Shown: positions 24,653-32,000 of the stretch, one piece after another
Layout of the letters: the number at the start of each line of letters is the position of its first letter
Position numbering within the stretch: the first letter of the stretch is position 1
NCBI GenBank assembly: GCA_937906345.1
Contig: CALCXY010000052.1
Coordinates: 1 to 32,000 of the forward strand
Direction: 5' to 3'
DNA length: 32,000 nt
Origin: Candidatus Woesearchaeota archaeon
GTDB lineage: Archaea > Nanobdellota > Nanobdellia > Woesearchaeales > CALCXY01
Position numbers and translations under genes: made by a program
The notes under the pieces: model-generated
The model's database searches: none
The model's input: the letters and a program-made list of their open reading frames with translations, nothing else
What the model was told of the DNA's origin: nothing

Positions 24653-25276
24653 ATGGAAATTAAAATAAATATTAAAAAGCAGCATCTCATCTATCTTTGT
24701 ATAATCATAGCAATCTCATTAGGATTAGTTGCGTATGCCAATTCAGGAGATCAATCTCATTCAGTAGATGAGATTTTATTTGATAATTCAATTCCTCAAT
24801 TAACAATCTCTGGAGATTTAACAGTAGGAGGCACAATTAGTGCAGGAGGATTCTCTATTGCTTCTTTAGCTATGCCTTCTGGAGCTGTTATGGCCTTTGA
24901 TGCAGAATCTTGCCCTGCAGATTGGAGTGAATTTACCTTAGCTAATGGAAGAGTTATTGTAGGTCAACTTGAAAATGATGCAGATTTTGGAGGAATTGAA
25001 CAAATTGGTGGAGAAAGATCACAAAGGTTAACTACCAATCAGATTCCTTCACATTCACATACCCTTACTGATATTGGTCATGCTCATTTAACTCAAATTG
25101 TAGTATCTCAATCAGGTTTTACAGGAGGTTCTCAATCATTCGGAAATGGACTTGGTGGTGGTGGTCAACCAACAACAAATGTAGTATCTGGTATATCTAT
25201 AGCTAATGCAGGTGGTTCTCAAGCTCACAACAACCTCCAACCATACATAGTTCTCAAATATTGTAAAAAAAACTAA
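24653..25276 (+). CDS. membrane-anchored phage-tail-collar-domain protein
   Basis: An N-terminal TM helix is followed by PSGAVMAFDAESCPADW, GGERSQRLTTNQIPSHSH and GGSQAHNNLQPYIVLKYC. These match the Collar (tail fibre/MdpB-like) domain pattern as I recall it. Confidence 0.7.
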   Translation: MEIKINIKKQHLIYLCIIIAISLGLVAYANSGDQSHSVDEILFDNSIPQLTISGDLTVGGTISAGGFSIASLAMPSGAVMAFDAESCPADWSEFTLANGRVIVGQLENDADFGGIEQIGGERSQRLTTNQIPSHSHTLTDIGHAHLTQIVVSQSGFTGGSQSFGNGLGGGGQPTTNVVSGISIANAGGSQAHNNLQPYIVLKYCKKN

Positions 25277-25293
25277 CCTAAACTACCAAAAAG

Positions 25294-25301
25294 TTTATAA
25301 A
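25294..25301 (+). promoter_or_regulatory. thermosome promoter TATA box (TTTATAAA), with a GGGGGA Shine-Dalgarno-like element at 25331-25336
   Basis: ccaaaaagtttataaatg at 25286-25303. GGGGGA lies 10 nt upstream of the ATG at 25347. Confidence 0.55.
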
Positions 25302-25346
25302 TGCCCTAAAATTCCCCTATAGTAGATTGTGGGGGATTCTTATAAA

Positions 25347-26984
25347 ATGACTAAAGATATACAACCAGTTTTTATTTTACCTGAAGGTTCTACTAGAACT
25401 CAAGGAAAAAACGCTCAAAAAGCAAACATTCTAGCAGCGAAAGCTGTTGCTGATACTGTTAGAACCACCTTAGGCCCAAAAGGAATGGATAAAATGATTG
25501 TTGATGCTGTGGGAGATATCACTGTTACAAATGATGGAGTTACAATTCTAGAAGAAATGAATATTGAACAACCCTCTGCTAAAATGATTGTTGAAGTTGC
25601 TAAAACACAAGAAAATGAAGTTGGTGATGGAACCACTACTGCTGTTGTATTAGCAGGTGAATTATTAAAAAACGCTGAAGATTTATTAGATAAAGATGTG
25701 CATCCTACTGTTTTAGCTAAAGGATATAGAATGGCTGATGAAAAAGCACAAGAAATTCTTAATACAATAGCTGTTGATATTAAAGATTCTGATAAAGATA
25801 TTTTAAAAAATATTTCAATGACTGCAATGACTGGAAAAGGTGCTGAAACTGCTAAAGAACACTTAGCTGATATAACTGTAAAAGCTGTTTCCTTTGTTGC
25901 TGATAAATCAACAGATGGTATCTCTGTAAACAAAGATGATATTAGAATAGAAAAAAAAGTAGGCGGTTCAATCTTTAATACTGAACTAGTAGAAGGCATT
26001 GTTTTAGATAAAGAACGTGTGCATCCACAAATGGCAAAATCCATTGAAAGCGCTAAAATTGCATTAATTGATTCTGCAATTGAAATTAAAAATCCTGAAA
26101 CTGATGCAAAAATTCAAATAACAGATCCTAATCAATTATCAGGTTTTATTGAACAAGAAGAAAAAATATTAACTAAAATGGTTGATATCATTAAAAAATC
26201 TGGTGCTAATGTAGTATTATGTCAAAAAGGTATTGATGATATAGCACAACATTTTCTTGCAAAAGCAGGAATTTATGCATGTAGAAGAGTTAAAAAATCC
26301 GACATGGAAGCATTAGCTAGAGCAACTAGTGCCTCAATTGTTACTAATCTTGATGATCTTAATGAAAAACATTTAGGAAAAGCAGGCCAAGTTGAAGAAG
26401 TAAAAGTTGGCGATGAAGAAATGACCTATGTAAAAGGTTGTAAAAACCCTAAAGCTGTTACTATTTTAATCCGTGGTGGAACAGAGCATGTTGTTGATGA
26501 AGTAAAAAGAGCTATGGACGACTCTATGGGAGATGTTGTTTCTGCATTAAAAATTGGAAAAGTAGTTGCAGGCGCAGGATCTGTAGAAATTGAATTAGCA
26601 AAAGAATTAAGAAAATTCGCAGATTCATTATCAGGAAGAGAACAATTAGCAGTTCAAGCATTTGCTAATGCTATTGAAATTATTCCAAGAACATTAGCTG
26701 AAAATGCAGGTTTAGATCCTATTGATATTACAACTGAATTAAAAGCAGCTCATGATAAAAAGCAAATTTGGGCTGGAGTAGATGTTTTCTCTGGTAAAGT
26801 AGTTGATGCATGGAAAGCAGGAGTTATTGAACCATTAAAAATTAAAACTCAAGCAGTATCATCTGCAGCTGAAGTTGCTGAAATGATTTTAAGAATAGAT
26901 GATGTTATAGCAGGTTCTGGCTCTGGTGCTGCTCCTGAACCTATGGGTGGAATGCCCCAAATGCCTCCTGGTATGGGTATGTAA
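25347..26984 (+). CDS. ths: thermosome subunit (group II chaperonin)
   Basis: LGPKGMDKM, VGDGTTTAVVLAGELL, the overall Cpn60/TCP-1 layout and the C-terminal GGMPQMPPGMGM tail. Confidence 0.95.
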   Translation: MTKDIQPVFILPEGSTRTQGKNAQKANILAAKAVADTVRTTLGPKGMDKMIVDAVGDITVTNDGVTILEEMNIEQPSAKMIVEVAKTQENEVGDGTTTAVVLAGELLKNAEDLLDKDVHPTVLAKGYRMADEKAQEILNTIAVDIKDSDKDILKNISMTAMTGKGAETAKEHLADITVKAVSFVADKSTDGISVNKDDIRIEKKVGGSIFNTELVEGIVLDKERVHPQMAKSIESAKIALIDSAIEIKNPETDAKIQITDPNQLSGFIEQEEKILTKMVDIIKKSGANVVLCQKGIDDIAQHFLAKAGIYACRRVKKSDMEALARATSASIVTNLDDLNEKHLGKAGQVEEVKVGDEEMTYVKGCKNPKAVTILIRGGTEHVVDEVKRAMDDSMGDVVSALKIGKVVAGAGSVEIELAKELRKFADSLSGREQLAVQAFANAIEIIPRTLAENAGLDPIDITTELKAAHDKKQIWAGVDVFSGKVVDAWKAGVIEPLKIKTQAVSSAAEVAEMILRIDDVIAGSGSGAAPEPMGGMPQMPPGMGM

Positions 26985-26988
26985 ACTT

Positions 26989-28539
26989 CTACTTAATTTT
27001 ATGATAAATACTAATTAAAGCATTATAACTTTCTTTTAAGTCTATATTTCCTTTATTATTTAGAATCAGATAATAATCATACGCTTTTTGATATTGTTTA
27101 AGTGCATGTGACATATGTCCTTGTTGGGAAAAAACATAAATTCCCTGAATCATTTCTTGTAATTTGAGTATTCTCCTATCAGTTACATTAGTAAATTGTA
27201 TAGAATCCTTTATGTGAGGAATAGTATCTTCATGGATCATATCTTCTTTGAGATGTTGAAAATCTTCCCTGATATGTTGATGATTCCTATTATCATGTTC
27301 TTTTAAATGACCTAAGGAAGATTTTTCTAATTGAGGATGAAGTTGATTTTCTTGTGTGCCAACACCTTTGGCAAACTCTAAATTATTGATTTCATCTGAT
27401 ACTGTATTCCTAGTTTTATTTGATTCAGGTTGTACATCTTCATGGATCATATCTTCTTTGAGATGTTGAAAATCTTCCCTAACATGTTGATGATCTTTTA
27501 TATTATTTTCTTTTAACTGTCCTAAAGAAATATTAACCTCTGAATGTACCTTCTCATCAGATTCAGCTTTTCTAAACTTTCTTGTATGAAGAGCACTTTT
27601 TAATTTATGAACTTTATCTAAATCAAGAGCTGTACTTTTTACATGTTCTCTTAAACCACTAAGATGGGTAGAAAGAATATTAGAGGCTCTATCAATTTTT
27701 TGCTTAACAATATGGTCCTGTTCTTTACCAATGTCTCCATGTATTTGTTGCACTGATTGAACATGAGAATCTTCTATATGTTGAATTGCTTTAATAACAT
27801 TTGATTTCTCTTGATTTGAAACATTTTTTGACACAAATTGTTTAAGATTATCAATTTCACTTTGTACTCTCTCATGATGTTCCATTAATTGTTGAGTAAC
27901 CTCTTTTTTAATATGATCTGAATCTAAAGTTGCTTGTGCCTTCTCCAATTGAATTTCTTGAATTTTATCAGTTTGTCCTTTATGGATTTGATCATGGAGT
28001 GTTCTAATTTGATGAGACATATGGTCTTTATAATCACTAATGGCTTCTTTCAACTCTTTATTGGTAACTATATCACTTGTTTTTTCTTTGGTTGTTGAGA
28101 AAGACTCAGCAAGAGAGTCTAATTTTTCATTTAAAGCATTAATCTTTTCATTGCTCTCTTGAAAATTCCCAAATTTTTGATTGACTTCTTTGCTTATTTC
28201 ATGAACTCGTTTCACCATCTGATCAGTATAACTTTTATCTTTTTCAATTGTATCAAATTTTTTATCTATATCTTCAATTGCTTTTAGCACATCTTTATTT
28301 TTTCCAATCGCTTTTACTTGATTTCTATAATTAATAATCTCTTTATTTAATAAAATAACCAATTCCTTTAATTTTTCTATGTTTACTTCATTGGTAAGAA
28401 CTCTTTTATCTTCTTCTCGAAGTAATTTTTTAATAGGCAATACTGAAGGGTCTTTAATTTCATTAAAAATCCCTTTTAACGCATCAACTTCTCTCTTTAG
28501 TGTACTTAAAGATTCTTGGCTTTTACTCATTTCCCCCAC
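26989..28539 (-). CDS. His-rich coiled-coil protein (516 aa) with an internal 70-aa-period repeat
   Basis: Long heptad-like K/E/Q/L sequence. SLGQLKENNIKDHQHVREDFQHLKEDMIHED and SLGHLKEHDNRNHQHIREDFQHLKEDMIHED are repeated. Confidence 0.7.
   Translation of the reverse strand: MGEMSKSQESLSTLKREVDALKGIFNEIKDPSVLPIKKLLREEDKRVLTNEVNIEKLKELVILLNKEIINYRNQVKAIGKNKDVLKAIEDIDKKFDTIEKDKSYTDQMVKRVHEISKEVNQKFGNFQESNEKINALNEKLDSLAESFSTTKEKTSDIVTNKELKEAISDYKDHMSHQIRTLHDQIHKGQTDKIQEIQLEKAQATLDSDHIKKEVTQQLMEHHERVQSEIDNLKQFVSKNVSNQEKSNVIKAIQHIEDSHVQSVQQIHGDIGKEQDHIVKQKIDRASNILSTHLSGLREHVKSTALDLDKVHKLKSALHTRKFRKAESDEKVHSEVNISLGQLKENNIKDHQHVREDFQHLKEDMIHEDVQPESNKTRNTVSDEINNLEFAKGVGTQENQLHPQLEKSSLGHLKEHDNRNHQHIREDFQHLKEDMIHEDTIPHIKDSIQFTNVTDRRILKLQEMIQGIYVFSQQGHMSHALKQYQKAYDYYLILNNKGNIDLKESYNALISIYHKIK
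27226..27284. repeat. intragenic direct repeat, copy 1 (59 nt, 2 mismatches to copy 2; weaker similarity continues to ~27320)
   Basis: Positions 27226-27270 are identical to 27436-27480. Confidence 0.9.
27436..27494. repeat. intragenic direct repeat, copy 2 (period 210 nt)
   Basis: See copy 1. Confidence 0.9.
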
Positions 28540-28749
28540 CTATTTTTTGATAATTTCTTTTAAATCGTTTATTTCTTCACGCAATAGTCTTAATTCTTTT
28601 ACTAGTTCATGCTCTTCAACATTAAATTTTTTTGAAATTTTTCGAAGTTGCCTTAATTCTACTTCTAAAAAGATAAGATAGATAACTACAATAATAGAAA
28701 AAACCATCAATAATTCTAATACAGGAAAACCTCCATCAAGTAATGCCAT
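28540..28749 (-). CDS. small single-pass membrane protein with coiled-coil tail (69 aa)
   Basis: A hydrophobic helix FPVLELLMVFSIIVVIYLIFL is followed by a charged helix. Its stop codon directly abuts the start of the 516-aa gene. Confidence 0.5.
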   Translation of the reverse strand: MALLDGGFPVLELLMVFSIIVVIYLIFLEVELRQLRKISKKFNVEEHELVKELRLLREEINDLKEIIKK

Positions 28750-28871
28750 TATCCACCTCTTAGATTATAGCAGAATTAGGTATATAAAAGCCTTTTGTTT
28801 TAAATACTCAACCTTTTATAGCATTGAGAACCTAAAACCTTTTAAACCTAAATTTATCATAAATTATTGGG

Positions 28872-30038
28872 GTGCTTAAAATAACAGACCAATACGACTT
28901 TGTCCTAATAGCTAATTCATATTCTAAGTTATTTTCTAAAAAAGTTGCACATTACCTTGATCATCATAAAGATAAGTTAAACTTTAAGTTAGATTCTATA
29001 TCTGATAAATTTTTCCCAGATGGCTCCAGATTTACTCAATTAGCAGGTTCTGTTAGAGGTAATCGTGTATTTGTAATTCATAATTATCTCCTTAATTTTC
29101 CTGATCAAACTAATTATGATCTATTTTTAATTAGTGATGCCTTAAAACGAGCTAATGAGGAAGGATTTATTTTATGCCCAACGTATTTTAATTCTAGAGG
29201 AGATAAAAAAGATGATGGTCGTGTACCCATTCCTGCAAAATTATACGCAAACTTATTAGAAACCTCTGGTGGAAAAAATCTAATGAGGGTAATGACTTGC
29301 CATTTACATGCAAAACAAGAAATGGGTTTTTTTGATATTCCTGTAGATGATGTTCCTTCTTTACCCTTATTTTGTTGGTATATTAAGAGAAGGTTATTCA
29401 AAAAATATTTTGAATCAAATACTGAAAAAGATAATCTTGCTATTTTAGCACCAGATGGAGGAGCATTTAAACTTGCAAAACAAGCAGCTGAATTTTTATC
29501 TGTCCCCGTAGCAACTAGAATGAAAGAGCGTGAAAAATTTAAAAACACTCAGGGCGACATTAAGATGCAAAATATCGATGCTTCTTTTGATATGAAAGAC
29601 CGCCACATTTTAATTTTTGATGATATGCTTGATACAGGAGGAACAATGATTGAAGCTTCAAATGATTTAGTTGAAAAGTATGGTGCAAAAAGTGTGTATT
29701 GTTTTATTACTCATTTTTTAGGCTCTCCAAAAGAGAAAACAAATTCTCCCACAACAGCAGAAGATAAATTTGCAAAAGCTAATAGTAAAATAAAACTAAT
29801 AACAACTGATACTATTCAACGATCAGACGAGTATATTAAAAAAAACAGCTCCTGGTTATGTGCAGTTCTAAGCATGGCTCCTTTTTTAGGTGAAACAATC
29901 TATAGACAATGCAAAGCAATATCAGTAAGTGTATTATATGATAATCCTGAATTATTTGAGTCATTATTAGATAAATGCTTTGCAGAAGATACATTTGATT
30001 ATTATAATCGAGAAAATAAAAATTTACTCCCAGAATAA
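28872..30038 (+). CDS. prs: ribose-phosphate pyrophosphokinase (PRPP synthetase)-like protein, unusually long (388 aa), GTG start
   Basis: FPDGSRF, RGNRVFVI, CHLHAKQEMGFFDIPVDDV and ILIFDDMLDTGGTM (PRPP loop). In frame upstream there is no ATG between the stop at 28860 and the GTG. Confidence 0.75.
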   Translation: MLKITDQYDFVLIANSYSKLFSKKVAHYLDHHKDKLNFKLDSISDKFFPDGSRFTQLAGSVRGNRVFVIHNYLLNFPDQTNYDLFLISDALKRANEEGFILCPTYFNSRGDKKDDGRVPIPAKLYANLLETSGGKNLMRVMTCHLHAKQEMGFFDIPVDDVPSLPLFCWYIKRRLFKKYFESNTEKDNLAILAPDGGAFKLAKQAAEFLSVPVATRMKEREKFKNTQGDIKMQNIDASFDMKDRHILIFDDMLDTGGTMIEASNDLVEKYGAKSVYCFITHFLGSPKEKTNSPTTAEDKFAKANSKIKLITTDTIQRSDEYIKKNSSWLCAVLSMAPFLGETIYRQCKAISVSVLYDNPELFESLLDKCFAEDTFDYYNRENKNLLPE

Positions 30039-30044
30039 TCCTAT

Positions 30045-31598
30045 CTACTTAAATTTTTTAATACTAAGTTGCCCTTTTCTTGTTCCTTTAGGAACTTCTT
30101 TAATCTCTAAACCAACTTCTTTTTTAACTTTAAGTGCTGTAGCTTTCCCTATGATTTGAGTTAATTTAATAATATCAACATTTTTAATATCTCTTACATC
30201 CTTTACTCCATTCTTAAAAAGATTACGAGCACGCACCCTCCCAATATTTCGAATCCTGATAAGTGCAAATAATTCTTCTTTAATTCCATAACTTAACCGT
30301 AATCTTAATTTACTAAGTTTTCTCCCAACATCAGGAAATTGTAAAATTTTAACAATCTCTTGACAAGAATAAAAAAGCCAATCTGCAATATCTAATTTTA
30401 CTTTCAATTCTCCAGGTCTCACTCCAAATCTTTCAAGAATATATTCTTCATCTTTTTCATTGATCCATTCATCAAACAACATAGCTGTTTTTATTGATTT
30501 CATAAAATCAGCTGAATCATCATCGTAAAAACTTGGCTCATCCATTAATAATCTATCTGCATATTTATTTAATTCCTCTTGCACAATATCATATTCTCTT
30601 GTTGGAACATTAAGCAAAGGCCTCATTTCAAGAGTATAACTCATTAATTGTAAAAAAGAAAAGGATAAAGCCCTAACTGCTGTAGCATTTTTAATTCCTT
30701 TAATTAATTCATGAGCTGTTAAAGGATCTAAATATAATTCTGCTACTCTTTTTCCTAAAAGTGTTGCTTTAAATTTGATATTATCCAGATCTGATGCAGA
30801 AACAAACTCATCTTGCGTTGAAGAAATAAATTCCCACTCTTCTAATAACATAAGCATTTTTTGAATACTCCCTTCAAGTTTATGCATATCTTTAAATTGA
30901 TACGCCCAAAATGTTTTTTCAAAAAATGCAATAATTTGTTCTTTACTTTTCAAGAAATTTGATGCAATTAAACTCAACAAATAGGTTCGAAGAACAGGCT
31001 CTACTGCTAATTTACTGTAGATATCCTCTGGTTCTCCCATAATATATTGATCATATACTGCATCTTTTTCACCTTCAGTCCCTGCTAAACAAATAGCCTC
31101 TCCAAAACTATCATAACTTGGCCTTCCAGCTCTCCCTGCCATTTGTAAATATTCTAAAACTGGAATATTTTTCATTCCCATAGGACCAAATCGCTTTAAA
31201 TCTCTAATTATAGCTCTAAAAGCAGGCAAATCAATTCCTGCAGCTAAAGTAGGAGTACTTGAAATAATTTTAATAACTCCTGATCGAAAATTATCTTCAA
31301 TTAACTCTCTTTGCTTATACGTTAAACCAGCATGATGGAAAGCAGTTCCTTTTTCAACACACGCAGCAAGCCTTTTACATTGTTTAGTAGGTTTAGATAA
31401 AACTCCTAATATTTTTTTAGCCAACAATCCACATTTTTTATCAACTATCTGATTTTTTTTAGCAATCTCCTCTGCTGTTTTCTCAGCACTCCTTTTAGAA
31501 TTGACAAAAACCAATGCTTGTTTTCCTTTTTTAATCGTATCAAGTGCAATATTTAGCGAAGCATCATTCCCTATTTGAAGAATTTTCTTAGTTGCCAT
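30045..31598 (-). CDS. Hel308/Ski2-type helicase, C-terminal part only (RecA2 + winged helix + ratchet + HhH); RecA1 domain absent
   Basis: ALVFVNSKRSAEKTA, TAFHHAGL, SSTPTLAAGIDLPA (motif V) and YLQMAGRAGRP (motif VI) are present, followed by a long helical region and a C-terminal HhH-like IGRVRARNL. No Walker A or DExH motif occurs anywhere in the ORF. Confidence 0.85.
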   Translation of the reverse strand: MATKKILQIGNDASLNIALDTIKKGKQALVFVNSKRSAEKTAEEIAKKNQIVDKKCGLLAKKILGVLSKPTKQCKRLAACVEKGTAFHHAGLTYKQRELIEDNFRSGVIKIISSTPTLAAGIDLPAFRAIIRDLKRFGPMGMKNIPVLEYLQMAGRAGRPSYDSFGEAICLAGTEGEKDAVYDQYIMGEPEDIYSKLAVEPVLRTYLLSLIASNFLKSKEQIIAFFEKTFWAYQFKDMHKLEGSIQKMLMLLEEWEFISSTQDEFVSASDLDNIKFKATLLGKRVAELYLDPLTAHELIKGIKNATAVRALSFSFLQLMSYTLEMRPLLNVPTREYDIVQEELNKYADRLLMDEPSFYDDDSADFMKSIKTAMLFDEWINEKDEEYILERFGVRPGELKVKLDIADWLFYSCQEIVKILQFPDVGRKLSKLRLRLSYGIKEELFALIRIRNIGRVRARNLFKNGVKDVRDIKNVDIIKLTQIIGKATALKVKKEVGLEIKEVPKGTRKGQLSIKKFK

Positions 31599-31620
31599 AA
31601 AATAAGGTAGGATAGGTACA

Positions 31621-31628
31621 TATATAAA
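31621..31628 (-). promoter_or_regulatory. TATA box (TTTATATA on minus strand) 22 nt upstream of the helicase ATG
   Basis: Plus-strand tatataaa at 31621-31628; ATG at 31598. Confidence 0.5.
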
Positions 31629-31650
31629 TCTTTACACATTCTTTTTTTGT

Positions 31651-32000
31651 ATGTCAGATAATAAAGTTGGAGCTGGAATGGGAATTATCCTTCTAAAAGA
31701 TAATACAAAGATTTTATTTGGAAAACGTCATATAGATCCTGATAAAGCTGATTCAGAGATGCGTGGAGAAGGAACATGGACCTTACCTGGCGGCAAGATT
31801 GAATACCAAGAATCATTTGAAGAAACTGCTATTAGAGAGGTAAAAGAAGAAACTGATATTGATGTTAAAGATTGCCAAGTAATCTGTGTAAATAATAATA
31901 AAAACAAACATGCTCATTTTGTTACAATAGGATTATACTCTGATAATTTTAAAGGAGAACCGAGTGTTATGGAACCTGATGAAATAACTGAATGGCAATG
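31651..32000 (+). CDS. Nudix hydrolase, N-terminal part (runs off the right edge)
   Basis: ATG at 31651. The translation MSDNKVGAGMGIILLKD...LPGGKIEYQESFEETAIREVKEETDI contains the Nudix box GX5EX7REUXEEXGU. It is not in the ORF track because there is no stop in the window. Confidence 0.8.
   Translation, partial: MSDNKVGAGMGIILLKDNTKILFGKRHIDPDKADSEMRGEGTWTLPGGKIEYQESFEETAIREVKEETDIDVKDCQVICVNNNKNKHAHFVTIGLYSDNFKGEPSVMEPDEITEWQ

Noticed and set aside
25415-26044. 209-aa minus-strand ORF inside the thermosome gene
   Set aside because: It is antisense to an unmistakable group II chaperonin. Its Ser/Thr/Ala-rich translation is typical of the reverse frame of a GxxGxx-rich gene.
28540-28749. 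N-terminus MALLDGGFPVLELLMV of the 69-aa protein as a class III (type IV pilin-like) signal peptide
   Set aside because: There is no positively charged residue before the Gly, and the motif does not fit the [KR]G/[AFQ] cleavage pattern well. It is treated simply as a TM helix.
1-32000. CRISPR arrays, rRNA genes, integrases or transposases
   Set aside because: I looked for regularly spaced short direct repeats, rRNA-like GC-rich blocks, and tyrosine/serine recombinase or DDE motifs in all listed ORFs and found none. The only repeats are the three pairs reported as features.

Overview
AT-rich archaeal chromosome window, probably from a small-genome DPANN-like lineage. The archaeal call rests on a thermosome, archaeal-type uS15, CDP-archaeol synthase, diphthine synthase, XPD, a Hel308-type helicase, a RecJ/GAN-like DHH protein and a tRNA-Gln with an A1-U72 acceptor pair. 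All assignments come from reading motifs in the supplied translations and the DNA by eye; no HMM or BLAST search was possible.

The window has two parts.

(1) Positions 1 to about 8429 form an accessory island with visibly higher G+C. Its core is a co-oriented minus-strand cluster: an AAG/MPG-fold DNA-glycosylase-like protein, a 2OG-Fe(II) oxygenase, a 1251-aa SNF2 ATPase fused to a class I SAM methyltransferase, and at least two tandem paralogous orphan genes. A convergent orphan pair sits beside it. I regard this cluster as the best candidate for an undescribed nucleic-acid modification, repair or defence system. The island ends in a 48-nt coding tail. A second copy of that tail, diverged mostly at synonymous sites, lies on the far side of an adjacent MNT/HEPN toxin-antitoxin cassette.

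(2) Positions about 9700 to 32000 are mostly housekeeping genes: rsmI, carS plus a CDP-alcohol phosphatidyltransferase, XPD, a RecJ-like protein, uS15, dcd, dphB, cmk, thermosome, prs and a Nudix hydrolase. Several oddities are embedded here:
- an MthK-like K+ channel translationally coupled to a 7TM-DUF835-RCK protein;
- a DUF2062 gene broken at an A7 run;
- a tRNA-Gln(UUG) with a 24-nt intron at a non-canonical position, next to a free-standing LAGLIDADG endonuclease;
- a membrane-anchored tail-collar-domain protein;
- a His-rich coiled-coil pair;
- a Hel308-type helicase gene that starts exactly at the RecA2 domain under its own promoter.

No rRNA, CRISPR array, integrase or transposase was seen.
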